64,000 bases of DNA from Desulfuromonadales bacterium (GTDB lineage: Bacteria; Desulfobacterota; Desulfuromonadia; Desulfuromonadales; UBA2197): positions 14,527-78,526 of the forward strand of contig JACUTW010000001.1 of assembly GCA_014859605.1 (NCBI GenBank), read 5' to 3'. This document shows positions 28,984 through 41,471 of the stretch, in pieces. The translations under genes and the position numbers were made by a program. Position 1 is the first letter of the stretch. Each line of letters begins with the position of its first letter. Under the pieces are notes generated by a model. It did no database searches and had not been told where the DNA came from. It saw only the letters and a list, made by a program, of their open reading frames with translations.

Positions 28984-30579
28984 CTAGACGCTCAAGCGCT
29001 TAATGACACGGTTTTGCAGATAAAGATCAAAGATCCAGCGGCTGCAAAACATGGCCGTGAAGAGGGTGGTGAGAATGCCGACCGAGAGGGTCACAGCAAA
29101 ACCCTTGACCGGGCCCGTCCCGAACTGAAAGAGGATCAGACCGGACAGGAGGGTCGTCAGGTTGGAGTCCATGATCGTCCAGAAAGCTTTTTCAAAACCG
29201 GCGTCAATCGCGGCCCGGGGAGATTTTCCGAGCCGTGCTTCTTCACGGATACGTTCATAAATCAGGACGTTGGCATCGACTGCCATCCCCAGGGTCAGGG
29301 CGATACCGGCGATTCCGGGGAGGGTCAGGGTCGCTTTAAAGAAGACCAGCGCACACAGGAGCAGAACAAGGTTGAGGATCACCGAGGCAATCGCGACCAC
29401 TCCGGACCAGCGGTAATACAGGATCATGGCGACGGCAACGAGGATAAAGGCCAAAGTGACCGCCGTCTTCCCCTGGGCAATGGAGTCCCGTCCCAGGGAG
29501 GGTCCGACCGTGCGGTTTTCGAGGATACTGACCGGCGCCGGCAAAGAACCGGCGCGGAGGATGATCGCCAGATCGGTCGCTTCCTGCTCGGTAAAGGAGC
29601 CGCTGATCTGGGCACTGCCGCCGGAGATGCGTTCGCGAATGACCGGAGCCGAATAAACGGTGTTGTCGAGGACAATCGCCATACGTTTACCGACACTGGC
29701 GGCTGTGACCTGATCAAAGCGCTTGGCGCCGATCGCATTGAAATCGATGGCGACATACGGTTCATTGAAACGGCTGTCGATCCGCACCTGCGCGTTGGAA
29801 AGGAGGTCGCCGGTCATGGCGGTCTTCTCTTCCACGACAATCGGCGTCTCGGTGAACTTACCGGTCCCTCTTTCAGGTCGGCGCTCATAAAGGAGCTGCG
29901 TGCCGGCCGGGAGTTCGCCCCGGACCGCTGCCTGCGGGTCGGCGTCTTCCGCGACCATCTTGAATTCAAGGCGGGCGGTTTTGCCCAAAAGGGCAATGGC
30001 GCGCTCCGGATCTTTGATCCCCGGCAACTGAACCAGGACGCGATCCGCCCCTTCCTGTTGCAGGATCGGCTCACTGACGCCGAACTGGTCGATGCGGTTA
30101 CGCATCGTTTCGACAACCTGGCGAACCGACATCTCCCGAATCGCCTGCGCCTCGTTACTATTCAGGCGAAACCTTTTAATCAGGTAGCTGCCATCCTCCG
30201 TTTCGCCGGCGTCATCAAGAATACCGAGATTATCTTTGACCAGCTTGTCGAGGCTGGTTGCCGCCTCTTTATCGTAGATTGTCACCGACAACAGATCATT
30301 GCCGGTCCGCTCAACCCGCTTGTAGACAACATCCTTCTCACGCAGAAGGTTGTCGAGGTGATCGACCAGTCCGTCAAGCCGTGCCTCCACCGCTTTTTCG
30401 GTATCGACGCCGAGGATGAGATGCATTCCCCCCTGCAAATCGAGGCCTAGGTGGACAGGGTCAAAGGTCTTGGTCCAGGCAGCCGGCAATGAATCACGCA
30501 TGAACGTCGGGGCTATAGCCACCAGAGCAAGAAGAGCAAGTGCAACAATCAACACGCCCCGCGATTTAAGACTAGACAT
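28984..30579 (-). CDS. secD: Protein translocase subunit SecD
   Basis: LGLDLQGG motif, a large periplasmic domain and a C-terminal 5-TM bundle. 531 aa. Confidence 0.95.
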   Translation of the reverse strand: MSSLKSRGVLIVALALLALVAIAPTFMRDSLPAAWTKTFDPVHLGLDLQGGMHLILGVDTEKAVEARLDGLVDHLDNLLREKDVVYKRVERTGNDLLSVTIYDKEAATSLDKLVKDNLGILDDAGETEDGSYLIKRFRLNSNEAQAIREMSVRQVVETMRNRIDQFGVSEPILQQEGADRVLVQLPGIKDPERAIALLGKTARLEFKMVAEDADPQAAVRGELPAGTQLLYERRPERGTGKFTETPIVVEEKTAMTGDLLSNAQVRIDSRFNEPYVAIDFNAIGAKRFDQVTAASVGKRMAIVLDNTVYSAPVIRERISGGSAQISGSFTEQEATDLAIILRAGSLPAPVSILENRTVGPSLGRDSIAQGKTAVTLAFILVAVAMILYYRWSGVVAIASVILNLVLLLCALVFFKATLTLPGIAGIALTLGMAVDANVLIYERIREEARLGKSPRAAIDAGFEKAFWTIMDSNLTTLLSGLILFQFGTGPVKGFAVTLSVGILTTLFTAMFCSRWIFDLYLQNRVIKRLSV

Positions 30580-30664
30580 GAGCTGATTCGACTCCTTTAG
30601 AGGTGAAAAGTGCCGGGCTGTCTGTTTGAACTGTCGGCATGAAACCGGAGATGGATCAGTAAAA

Positions 30665-30973
30665 CTACTCGCTCTTGACCGTCACAATCGAGGAACGGCT
30701 GAGTTTAATCTTCACCCCGGTAGCGATTTCAACCTGAATCGTTTCGTCCTGCACCGCGGCAACCTTGCCATGGATGCCGCCGGCGGTGATGACCTGGTCG
30801 CCAACTTTGATACTTTCCACCAGGGCCTTGTGCTCTCTGGCCCGCTTTTGCTGGGGACGGATCAAGAGAAAGTAGAAGATCGCAAACATCGCGACGAGCA
30901 GCAGTACGTTCGCCCAGGGACTCGGAGCTGCCTGCGCAGCGGGTGCAGCTTCAGCATATGCAACAGAAACCAT
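30665..30973 (-). CDS. yajC: Preprotein translocase subunit YajC
   Basis: 102 aa, one TM segment, and the motif IRPQQKRAREHKALVESIKVGDQVITAGGIHGKV. Confidence 0.9.
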   Translation of the reverse strand: MVSVAYAEAAPAAQAAPSPWANVLLLVAMFAIFYFLLIRPQQKRAREHKALVESIKVGDQVITAGGIHGKVAAVQDETIQVEIATGVKIKLSRSSIVTVKSE

Positions 30974-31023
30974 TGGTAAATCCTCCTTGTTGGTTGATGA
31001 ATCCTGACAGGTAAAAGATGAAA

Positions 31024-33193
<2,170 letters not shown>

Positions 33194-33271
33194 ACAGACT
33201 CAATCCAGGTACAGAGTTAAAACGGGTAAAACAACCATAAACAACCCCGAAAAGTCAATTTCTTTATCTCC

Positions 33272-33300
33272 TTGACACTCGGATTCCTTCCCCCTATAAA
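33272..33300 (+). promoter_or_regulatory. Near-consensus sigma70 promoter (TTGACA-17-TATAAA) with no adjacent ORF
   Basis: TTGACA at 33272-33277, a 17-nt spacer, TATAAA at 33295-33300. The nearest plus-strand gene starts about 590 nt downstream. Confidence 0.55.
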
Positions 33301-33528
33301 CCACCAACAGCAGGACAACCACTGGTGACATGACGCGGTTGAAAATCCCGATACATATAGAGAATATTAATTTTACAGTGCCAGAAACTGGCAAAAAACT
33401 TGCTAGGATAGCCACTGCCTTTGCGAAAATTTACAACCATCGAACGGGCGCTCTTTCTGGCATTAACAAGTGACATTGCATGAATTTTAAAAACAGACAC
33501 CATGATAAAAGAATAACTGATTAGCGCT

Positions 33529-33655
33529 AATCTTCCGCAGAACCTAAATGTGTCATTCCCGAGGCGCTTCTGGTCGGGAATCCAGCTTCTAACCGACCGA
33601 AATCATGGATCCCCGATAAAGACATTCGGGGATGACAAACTTATTGCGGAAGATT
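33529..33655 (+). repeat. MITE/REP-like nested palindromic element, copy C
   Basis: 87-nt core at 33551-33637, flanked by a perfect 11-bp outer inverted repeat, AATCTTCCGCA / TGCGGAAGATT. Confidence 0.8.
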
Positions 33656-33892
33656 GAAACTTCTGAGTAACTTCAATCTAAGTGCTTAAAATCACATGCT
33701 CTGGAAATTTGAAGTTTCTCTCTGAAAAGTCGTCCCGAAGGGGCGTCGGTTGCTAATCAGGAAAGAATATTACTCGCCGCTAAAAAACAGGGATTTGCCC
33801 AGGGCAACGGCATTTGACGGCAACCGGTCAATTTTCGCAGTCATGATTTGCGCCGTATTCTCAAACTTTTAGATAGATAGCCAACCACCCTC

Positions 33893-35932
33893 ATGAACTC
33901 TCTAAAAATTAAAATACTCGGACTGATCGCCGTCATCATGTGCGGGGTTATTGGCCTGATTACCTGGAAAAACCTTGAGACCCAGCACGACATGCTGGCC
34001 CAGGTCGCCGAACAGAACGGCCGTCTGTTGAGTGAGACGATTCGCAACAGTATTAACAGCAACATGAAGAATGGCGAGCAAGATAAAGTCCAGGGGATTT
34101 TTGCCGAAATCAGTGAAAACCCTTCCATCTCCTCGGTCAAAATTTTTGACGAATCCGGTCGTGTCCTCACCTCAGCCAAATCCGAAGATATCGGCAGCCT
34201 GGTCAACCCTTCTGATCTTTTGGCTTACCGTTCCGGACGTACATCATTTCTAGAAGTTGTCAACGGTCACGAAAGTCACAAAACCCTCCTCCCCTTCGAA
34301 AACACAACGGAATGCAATAGCTGCCACGATGCCGAACAGAAGGTCCTCGGTATCCTCTCGCTGCAACTCTCCCTGCGAGACATTGAAACCCTCCAGACAA
34401 GAAGCCGTAACACCACACTCCTCGCCGCAATCATCGCGATTGGCCTGCTGGTCGTCGTCATCACGACCTTCATCCTCTTTTACGTCGACGCGCCGATTCG
34501 CAAGATCATCGGCGCCATGAAACAGGTGGAGAAGGGAGACTTTGAACAGGCGAACATCGAGATTGACAGTTCGGAAGAGATGGCAGAATTGGCCGAAAAG
34601 TTTAACGGCATGGTTGATCACCTTAAATCATTGGTAGAAAATACGATTCTCCATGAATGTGAACTTGCCGTCAATCGTGAGCAACTCGCCCATCAGGGTG
34701 AGCTGCAAAGCATGAATAACACCCTGGAAGAACGCCTCAAAGAGATCGAATATCTCAACATCTCCCTGGAAGAACGCATCGAGGAGATCGAAGAAGCGAA
34801 CTACAAGATCGCCGACCTGGCGAGTGACTTGGAGAGCAAGAACAACAGCTTGGAAATGACGGTCTCCCGCCTCTCGGCCCTCAACAAAATGGGGGTGGCG
34901 CTCAACTCGACTCGCGACCTGGAAAATCTTTTTGAGACCATGATTCGCCGGGCGATGGAAGCCGTTGGTGCCGAAGTCGGATATATTCTCCTTTATGATT
35001 TAGCCCATGGCACTCTTAAAGTCGGTGGTGCTGTCGGTCTCTTTGATCTGGTTAATCGCGACACCCGTTTGCCGCTGCGGCCCGGGGGGGTGACCTACTG
35101 GGTTATCCAGAAGCGGCAGCCGCTGCTCATTGAAAAGACCGAAAGTAACCTTGAATTCAGTCCGGTCAGTTCTCTGGGATACACTCGCGAGACCCTGATC
35201 TGCGCGCCTTTAATTGTCAAAGACGAAATCATCGGCACTATTACTCTGGCAAACAAGAGCGATCGTAGCACCTTTAAAGAACAGGACCTGGAACTCCTTT
35301 CAACGATTGGTGCCCAGGCCTCTGTCGCTATTAAAAATGTTCACCTTTACGAAGATCAGCAGACCACCTACCTCAATACCATGCAGGCCCTGGTTTCGGC
35401 CGTTGAAGCGAGCGACCCCTATACTCGCGGGCATTCGGAACGGGTCACCCGCTATGCCCAAATTCTCGGGCGGCAACTCAATCTCACCAGCGATTCCTTT
35501 AAGCGGCTCGAACGCGCCTCTATCCTGCATGACATTGGCAAGATCGGAATTGATGTCGCCGTACTGCACAAAGAAGGCGTCCTTTCGGCGAACGATGTTC
35601 ATATTCTGCAACAACATCCCCTGATCGGCACCAGAATTCTCGAACCAATCACCTTCCTTGCCCCCGTCCGGCAGATTATCGTACAGCACCATGAACGCTA
35701 CGACGGCATGGGTTATCCATTCCGCGTCAAAGGGGACGACATTCTTCTCGAAGCCCGGATACTGGCCGTAGTCGACACTTACGATGCCATGACTTCCGAT
35801 CGCCCTTACCGCAAAGCCCTTTCCCACGAAATCGCTGTCGCCGAGATCAAAAAATGCTCCGGCACACAATTCGACCCTTATGTTGCCGATGCCATGCTGA
35901 CTCTCTGCAACAATGGTCAGTGGCCCCTTTAA
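33893..35932 (+). CDS. HD-GYP c-di-GMP phosphodiesterase with periplasmic CXXCH sensor, HAMP, coiled coil and GAF domains
   Basis: TM1 and a roughly 150-aa periplasmic domain with CNSCH, then TM2. HAMP (PIRKIIGAMKQVEKGDF). GAF. HD..HHERYDGMGYP motifs are intact. Confidence 0.85.
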   Translation: MNSLKIKILGLIAVIMCGVIGLITWKNLETQHDMLAQVAEQNGRLLSETIRNSINSNMKNGEQDKVQGIFAEISENPSISSVKIFDESGRVLTSAKSEDIGSLVNPSDLLAYRSGRTSFLEVVNGHESHKTLLPFENTTECNSCHDAEQKVLGILSLQLSLRDIETLQTRSRNTTLLAAIIAIGLLVVVITTFILFYVDAPIRKIIGAMKQVEKGDFEQANIEIDSSEEMAELAEKFNGMVDHLKSLVENTILHECELAVNREQLAHQGELQSMNNTLEERLKEIEYLNISLEERIEEIEEANYKIADLASDLESKNNSLEMTVSRLSALNKMGVALNSTRDLENLFETMIRRAMEAVGAEVGYILLYDLAHGTLKVGGAVGLFDLVNRDTRLPLRPGGVTYWVIQKRQPLLIEKTESNLEFSPVSSLGYTRETLICAPLIVKDEIIGTITLANKSDRSTFKEQDLELLSTIGAQASVAIKNVHLYEDQQTTYLNTMQALVSAVEASDPYTRGHSERVTRYAQILGRQLNLTSDSFKRLERASILHDIGKIGIDVAVLHKEGVLSANDVHILQQHPLIGTRILEPITFLAPVRQIIVQHHERYDGMGYPFRVKGDDILLEARILAVVDTYDAMTSDRPYRKALSHEIAVAEIKKCSGTQFDPYVADAMLTLCNNGQWPL

Positions 35933-35937
35933 CCCTG

Positions 35938-38115
35938 ATGACCACCCCTTTATCCCTCAAAAACGGCTTCAACAAGCTGCCGTTGCGTCACAAAATACTC
36001 ATCCCCTTCTTCCTGATCATCATTATCTTTGGCTGCGTCGTTTCCTTCGGCACCTATCACCTGATTCAAGGGGCGCTGATCTCTACTGCCAACCAGCGCC
36101 TCACAGCGATTCAAGAGATCATTTTTCGAGAGATAAAAAAACAGGAATTCCGATTGCTGACCTATGGCAACATGGTCGAATTTCAGTATTACACCAGCCA
36201 AGAGAGTCAATCCGATCCTTTTTTTGCGCTGCGCCAGGACAAGCTCTTACGCTTACTCGGTGATGGAAATGTGACGGCCATCTCTTATCCGGCGGCGGGA
36301 ATGGGAAACTACGGCGCTCTGGATGAACTTTTTCGACAGGCAACCGCCAGTGGCAAAGCGCGCTTTCGCTTCTTCTCCAACCCGGATGTTCCAGCCCTCT
36401 TGACTGTTGCCGTCCCCTTGCCGCAAGTCCGGATCGAAAAGGACCTTCTCCTCCTGCAGACCCCGGTCGACACGGATTTTCTCAAACAGATTGTGGCGCC
36501 GTTTCAGACCGATGCTGCAATTATCGATCTTGACCGGAATATATTAGTCGCGACCGCAGAAGATCTCACCCTGAATAACCTCAGCGATGACCTGTTGACC
36601 CGCTTGATCGGCGGCGAAAAGATCTCACAAACGGTTGAGCGCAATGGCTATCACCGCCAACTCTATTCAGCGATACCGATTGGCAACAGCGAAATTGTCA
36701 TCCTTGCCGTCGATCTCCCTCTGGCCGATCTCGACCTGTTAATGAAAACCCTGGCCACCCGCGCCGGCCTGACCATTCTCTTTGCCCTCGGAATCGGCGC
36801 CCTGATCTTTTACCGCCTGATTAACAGCATTACCCGCCCCCTGAATGCCTTACTCAACGCGACCCGAGAGATCAGCAGCGGAAATCTCAGCTATCAAATT
36901 GAAGGGAATATGACCGGGGAGTTTCAGCAGCTTGCCGAAGCCTTCAATCATATGCTCAGCAGAGTCGAGACCCTTTATCTGGAGAAAGCTGATCAGGACA
37001 AGAATCTGGCTCTGGCGCAGGAACAGCTCCACTTTAATAATCTCCTCGAAGAAAAGAACCAGGAGATCGAACGGACCAACCAGGAACTGCGCGTTCATTT
37101 ACGGGAGATCTCCATGCTCCTGCAGTTGAATCAGGTGATGAATTCGACTCTCGAAGTCAGTGTCATGTTTGACCGCACCCTGAACCTGCTTCGGGACTTT
37201 ATCGGCAGCTCCAACCTGGTTCTCTTTCTTTATCACCCGGAAACCAAGGAACTGACAGCGCGGAAGGCTGTCGGGGCTGAAGCGGATATCTACTCCGCCG
37301 CCGCCTTTAAACTTAATGAGGGGATCACCGGCGCGGCAGCGCTCAGCAAAGAACTTCTTTATGTGCTCGATATCAATAATGACAAACGCTATCTAAACTA
37401 CAAAAGCAGGTCACGCGACAAAGGATCGATGATCTCGGCACCGATTGTCGCCAAGGATCAGTTGCTCGGCGTTCTTAATCTGCACAAAGCCGAGATCGAA
37501 GGTTTTAACGACACCGATATTGAGCTCATCCGTGCGACCACCAATCAACTGGCAGTGGCTATTGAGAATTCGCAGCTTTACGAAAAGACCCGCCTCCTCT
37601 CCAATACCGATGAGCTCACCAACATCCCCAATCGCCGCTATTTTCAGGCGATTCTCCGCCGGGAATGTGCCCATGCACAGCGCTTTAACTCGTCTTTTTC
37701 CATCATCATGATCGATATCGATCATTTTAAACGCTACAATGACACCTACGGACACATCAATGGTGATTTGACCTTGACCCGGGTGGCAACCATCCTCCTG
37801 CAGAATACCCGCGGTGTCGACCAGGTCGCCCGTTTTGGCGGCGAAGAGTTCATTGTCCTGCTGTCGAACACTAACAAAGAGGGAGCCAGTCTGGTAGCTG
37901 AAAAGCTGCGCAATGCCGTGGCTGCTGAGGATTTTGTTTTAAGCGGGAAGGATGACGAAAAGATCACAGAAAAAGTCAGCATCTCTCTGGGGATCGCCGA
38001 ATATCCCAACGACAGCACTGATCTGGAAGTTCTTATTAAAAAAGCCGATCGGGCCCTTTATGCCGCCAAGGCAGCTGGACGTAACCGTTCGCTTTGCTGG
38101 CAGGAAGATCTGTAA
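35938..38115 (+). CDS. Diguanylate cyclase (GGDEF) with periplasmic sensor, HAMP, coiled coil and GAF domains
   Basis: Start at the ATG at 35938, 5 nt after the upstream stop. A roughly 270-aa periplasmic domain lies between two TM segments. GGEEF active site with the RGVD I-site 5 residues upstream. Confidence 0.85.
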   Translation: MTTPLSLKNGFNKLPLRHKILIPFFLIIIIFGCVVSFGTYHLIQGALISTANQRLTAIQEIIFREIKKQEFRLLTYGNMVEFQYYTSQESQSDPFFALRQDKLLRLLGDGNVTAISYPAAGMGNYGALDELFRQATASGKARFRFFSNPDVPALLTVAVPLPQVRIEKDLLLLQTPVDTDFLKQIVAPFQTDAAIIDLDRNILVATAEDLTLNNLSDDLLTRLIGGEKISQTVERNGYHRQLYSAIPIGNSEIVILAVDLPLADLDLLMKTLATRAGLTILFALGIGALIFYRLINSITRPLNALLNATREISSGNLSYQIEGNMTGEFQQLAEAFNHMLSRVETLYLEKADQDKNLALAQEQLHFNNLLEEKNQEIERTNQELRVHLREISMLLQLNQVMNSTLEVSVMFDRTLNLLRDFIGSSNLVLFLYHPETKELTARKAVGAEADIYSAAAFKLNEGITGAAALSKELLYVLDINNDKRYLNYKSRSRDKGSMISAPIVAKDQLLGVLNLHKAEIEGFNDTDIELIRATTNQLAVAIENSQLYEKTRLLSNTDELTNIPNRRYFQAILRRECAHAQRFNSSFSIIMIDIDHFKRYNDTYGHINGDLTLTRVATILLQNTRGVDQVARFGGEEFIVLLSNTNKEGASLVAEKLRNAVAAEDFVLSGKDDEKITEKVSISLGIAEYPNDSTDLEVLIKKADRALYAAKAAGRNRSLCWQEDL

Positions 38116-38143
38116 CTCGCTTGTCCCCTTCCCTTCTTCCCGT

Positions 38144-39925
38144 CTATCTCCCCCCCAAGAGTTCAACCCCATCCTTTTGTCGCTGGCAGATTCGCAAAGC
38201 CTGACGAATCAAGGGCGCACTCTCAGGTAAATGCCAAAGCAGGAGCGCCTTCTGCATCTGCCGTTCTTCGCGACTGCGCGGCACATAAATCTCTTTGCCG
38301 GTATAAGGATTGCGGTCGGTGTAATACAGGCAGGTCGATAACGTCCCCGGCGTCGGGGTAAATTCCTGCACCTGTTCGACTTTGAGTTTATTGCGCACGA
38401 GAAAGAGGGCGACATCGATCATTTGCGTCAGAGTTGTGCCCGGGTGCGCTGCCATCAGATAAGGAACGATGCCCTGCCTTTTGCCGCACCCCTGGTTCAA
38501 CTGGTGAAACTCCTTGAGAAACCACGAAAAAAGATCCGGCTGCGCCTTGCGCATCATTTGCAGTGTTGCCGGCGCGAACGATTCCGGCGCCACCTTGAGC
38601 AGGCCACTGACGTGATGCTTGATAAGGCGCTGAAAGTACGCGGGCTGCTGCGGCAGGAGATCAAAGCGCACCCCGGAGGACACAAAGAGATGCTTGATCC
38701 CCGGTCGCTGTTGCGCCTGTGCAAGTAACTTCGTTGCCGCCTGATCACTGCAGTCAAGACGCGAACAGCGCTGCGGCCACAGACAACTGGGGCGCCGGCA
38801 TTTCTCCTCTGCCCCGGCGTCGTTACAGCTTAAACCATACATGTTGGCACTCGGTCCACCGAGATCGCTGATAGTGCCGCGGAACTCCGGTGCGGTGGCG
38901 AGAGTGTCGACTTCTGCCAGGACCGATTGTTGAGAGCGGGACTGGATCGTCTTCCCTTGGTGCATGCCGATAGCACAGAAAGCGCAGCCGCCGAAGCAGC
39001 CGCGGTGGGTGGTTATCGAAAAACGGATCTGTTCGTAAGCGGGGATTTTTTCGCAATAAGAGGAGTGAGGGCGCCGCAGAAAGGGGAGCGCATAGAGCTT
39101 GTCGAGTTCAGCCGCTGTCAGCGGCAAGGCCGGGGGATTAACGACCACGCAGCGGTGGCCGTGGGGTTGTGCCAAAGTTCGGCCACTGAAGGGATTCTGC
39201 TCGGTTTCAGCGAGGCGAAAGGCTTCTCCGAAAGCTTTTTTATCGGCCGTGACCTGATCAAAAGACGGAAGGGGAATAACATTAGCAGGGGGGTTAGATG
39301 TCAGATATGCGGTGCCGCGCAAATCATGAATCTGAGCCGGCAATTCACCGCCGGCGACCCGACGCGCGACCTCAAGGAGGGCAAATTCCGCCATCCCGTA
39401 CAGGAGGAGATCAGCTTTGCTGTCGACCAGGATCGAACGCCGCACTGCGTCATCCCAGTAATCATAATGAGCCAGGCGACGCAGACTCGCTTCGATCCCG
39501 CCGATGATCACCGGTAAGCCCCGAAACGCCCCTTTGATCGCAGCGACATAAGCGATCACTGCCCGGTTCGGGCGGGCTCCGGCGCGATTCCCCGGCGTGT
39601 AGGCGTCATCATTGCGCCGCTTTTTTGCCGCGGTGTAATGATTGACCATCGAATCCATTGCCCCGGCCGCAACCGCGGCAAAGAGACGCGGTCGCCCCAT
39701 GCCGGTGAAGGCCTGCTTATCACGCCAATCCGGCTGGGCAATAATGCCGACCCGATATCCGGCAGATTCGAGGAGACGGGCTAACAGCGGCACCCCGAAG
39801 GCAGGGTGATCGACATAAGCATCGCCGGAGATAAAAAGGATGTCGAGTTCATCCCAGCCGCGCGCGGCCATCTCAGCCCGACAGGTGGGGATGAAGAGTT
39901 CAGGTGTTTTCAGACGATTAATCAC
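38144..39925 (-). CDS. ygiQ: YgiQ family radical SAM protein (UPF0313)
   Basis: N-terminal ISGDAYVDHPAFG motif and the radical-SAM cluster CFGGCAFC. 593 aa. Confidence 0.85.
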   Translation of the reverse strand: MINRLKTPELFIPTCRAEMAARGWDELDILFISGDAYVDHPAFGVPLLARLLESAGYRVGIIAQPDWRDKQAFTGMGRPRLFAAVAAGAMDSMVNHYTAAKKRRNDDAYTPGNRAGARPNRAVIAYVAAIKGAFRGLPVIIGGIEASLRRLAHYDYWDDAVRRSILVDSKADLLLYGMAEFALLEVARRVAGGELPAQIHDLRGTAYLTSNPPANVIPLPSFDQVTADKKAFGEAFRLAETEQNPFSGRTLAQPHGHRCVVVNPPALPLTAAELDKLYALPFLRRPHSSYCEKIPAYEQIRFSITTHRGCFGGCAFCAIGMHQGKTIQSRSQQSVLAEVDTLATAPEFRGTISDLGGPSANMYGLSCNDAGAEEKCRRPSCLWPQRCSRLDCSDQAATKLLAQAQQRPGIKHLFVSSGVRFDLLPQQPAYFQRLIKHHVSGLLKVAPESFAPATLQMMRKAQPDLFSWFLKEFHQLNQGCGKRQGIVPYLMAAHPGTTLTQMIDVALFLVRNKLKVEQVQEFTPTPGTLSTCLYYTDRNPYTGKEIYVPRSREERQMQKALLLWHLPESAPLIRQALRICQRQKDGVELLGGR

Positions 39926-39930
39926 GCAAT

Positions 39931-40968
39931 CTACGGGAAGAGAGAGACAACTTCGAGCCCCCGTGTTTCCGGCAGGCCAAGGAGCAAATTCATATTCTGG
40001 ATCGCCTGTCCGGCTGCCCCTTTGACGAGATTATCGATGGCCGAGACGACGATGACGCGCCCCGTGCGGGGGTCGACGACCAGACCGATATCGCAGTAAT
40101 TAGCGCCGCGGACATAAGCGATATTCGGCAGTTCCCCTGCACTACAGATACGCACAAAGGCCTCGCCGGCATAAAAACTACGGTAATGCTGCAGAAGGGC
40201 GTCGGTTGTTGTTTCCTGCTTTAAAGAGGCGTAACAGGTCGACAGGATGCCGCGATTGACCGGAAGGAGATGCGGGGTGAAACTGACCATCACCTCCTGA
40301 CCGGCAAGCTCACTCAAGGTCTGTTCAATCTCCGGAGTATGGCGGTGATTTCCGACGCCGTAGGCTTTAAACCCTTCATTCACCTCGCAGTAAAGACTGC
40401 CGACCTTGGCAGCACGACCGGCACCGCTCGTCCCGGACTTGCTGTCGATGATCAAAGTGGCCGGATCGATCCAGCCACCTTTCAGCAACGGCGCCAGAGC
40501 GAGGGCCACACTGGTCGGATAACAACCGGGGTTGGCGATGAGGCGGGCCGCGGGAATCGCTGCACGGTAAAGTTCCGGCAGGCCATAAACGGCTTCAGAC
40601 AACAGCTCCGGACTGGTATGGGTATCGTACCAGGCCGCGTAGACCTTCGGATCGCGCAGACGATAATCGGCCGAGAGATCAACGACCCTGCAGCCGGCGG
40701 CGAGGAGGCCGGGAATGACCGCCATGGCGGCTTGATGCGGCAGGGCGGTAAAGACCAGATCAGCGCTGGCGGCGACTGTCGCTACGTCGAGGGCGGTGCA
40801 AACCATATCAATCCGGCCAGCCAGCGACGGGAAGAGGGTCGCCACCTCTTCACCGGCATTCTGGTTAGCGGTGACGCAGGTGACCGTGACCTCGGGGTGA
40901 TTCAACAGCAGACGCAAAAGTTCGACACCGGTATAACCACTGGCGCCAACGACCGCAACTTTGATCAT
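39931..40968 (-). CDS. argC: N-acetyl-gamma-glutamyl-phosphate reductase
   Basis: [10 protein letters not shown]-terminus and the active-site motif NPGCYPT. Confidence 0.95.
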   Translation of the reverse strand: MIKVAVVGASGYTGVELLRLLLNHPEVTVTCVTANQNAGEEVATLFPSLAGRIDMVCTALDVATVAASADLVFTALPHQAAMAVIPGLLAAGCRVVDLSADYRLRDPKVYAAWYDTHTSPELLSEAVYGLPELYRAAIPAARLIANPGCYPTSVALALAPLLKGGWIDPATLIIDSKSGTSGAGRAAKVGSLYCEVNEGFKAYGVGNHRHTPEIEQTLSELAGQEVMVSFTPHLLPVNRGILSTCYASLKQETTTDALLQHYRSFYAGEAFVRICSAGELPNIAYVRGANYCDIGLVVDPRTGRVIVVSAIDNLVKGAAGQAIQNMNLLLGLPETRGLEVVSLFP

Positions 40969-40990
40969 CGCAACAACCTCCTAAAATGGC

Positions 40991-41023
40991 AAAAAGGGGA
41001 ACCGTATGCGGGTTCCCCTTTTT
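40991..41023. terminator. Bidirectional-type intrinsic terminator after rpsI
   Basis: AAAAAGGGGAACC-GTATGCG-GGTTCCCCTTTTT. Confidence 0.75.
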
Positions 41024-41053
41024 GCTGATCCAGTCGCCTGTAAAAAACCGCGA

Positions 41054-41446
41054 TTAACGCTTCGAGAACTGGAAGCTGCGACGGGCAGCTGCCTTCCCGT
41101 ATTTTTTACGCTCTTTGATACGGCTGTCGCGGGTGATGAACCCGGCCTTTTTGAGGACGGCGCGCAATTCCGGATTCACTTCCAGCAGAGCTTTGGTGAT
41201 GCCGTGCTTGACGGCACCGGCCTGACCGGAAGGACCGCCACCGAGGACTGTCGCAACAACATCAAACTTGCCGATATTATCAGTCAGTTCAAGAGGCTGG
41301 CGGACGACCATCTGTGAGGTCTCGCGTCCGAAATATTCTTCAACCGGACGGGTATTGACAATAATAGCCCCCGTTCCAGGTTTAATCCAAACACGGGCAA
41401 TCGAAGTTTTTCTTTTACCGGTCGCGTAAAATTTCTGCTCGGCCAT
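41054..41446 (-). CDS. rpsI: 30S ribosomal protein S9
   Basis: 130 aa. [10 protein letters not shown] motif and the C-terminal FSKR. Confidence 0.97.
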   Translation of the reverse strand: MAEQKFYATGKRKTSIARVWIKPGTGAIIVNTRPVEEYFGRETSQMVVRQPLELTDNIGKFDVVATVLGGGPSGQAGAVKHGITKALLEVNPELRAVLKKAGFITRDSRIKERKKYGKAAARRSFQFSKR

Positions 41447-41471
41447 TCGTTTCTATCTCCTGATCCGCTAA

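Noticed and set aside
33200-33503. Two small minus-strand ORFs (71 and 69 aa) in the large intergenic region
   Set aside because: They have a GTG start with a weak RBS and an AT-rich atypical composition. They mutually overlap and overlap the strong plus-strand promoter, and they show no recognisable motifs. They are most likely non-coding.
33650-33892. Possible GEMM-I (c-di-GMP/cGAMP) riboswitch upstream of the HD-GYP gene
   Set aside because: This is an attractive context for a Geobacter-like genome. Only loose resemblances (ACAGGGA..., GACGGCAACCGG) to the GGCAAACC / GACGCAAAGCC core are present, and no convincing P1/P2 architecture could be drawn.
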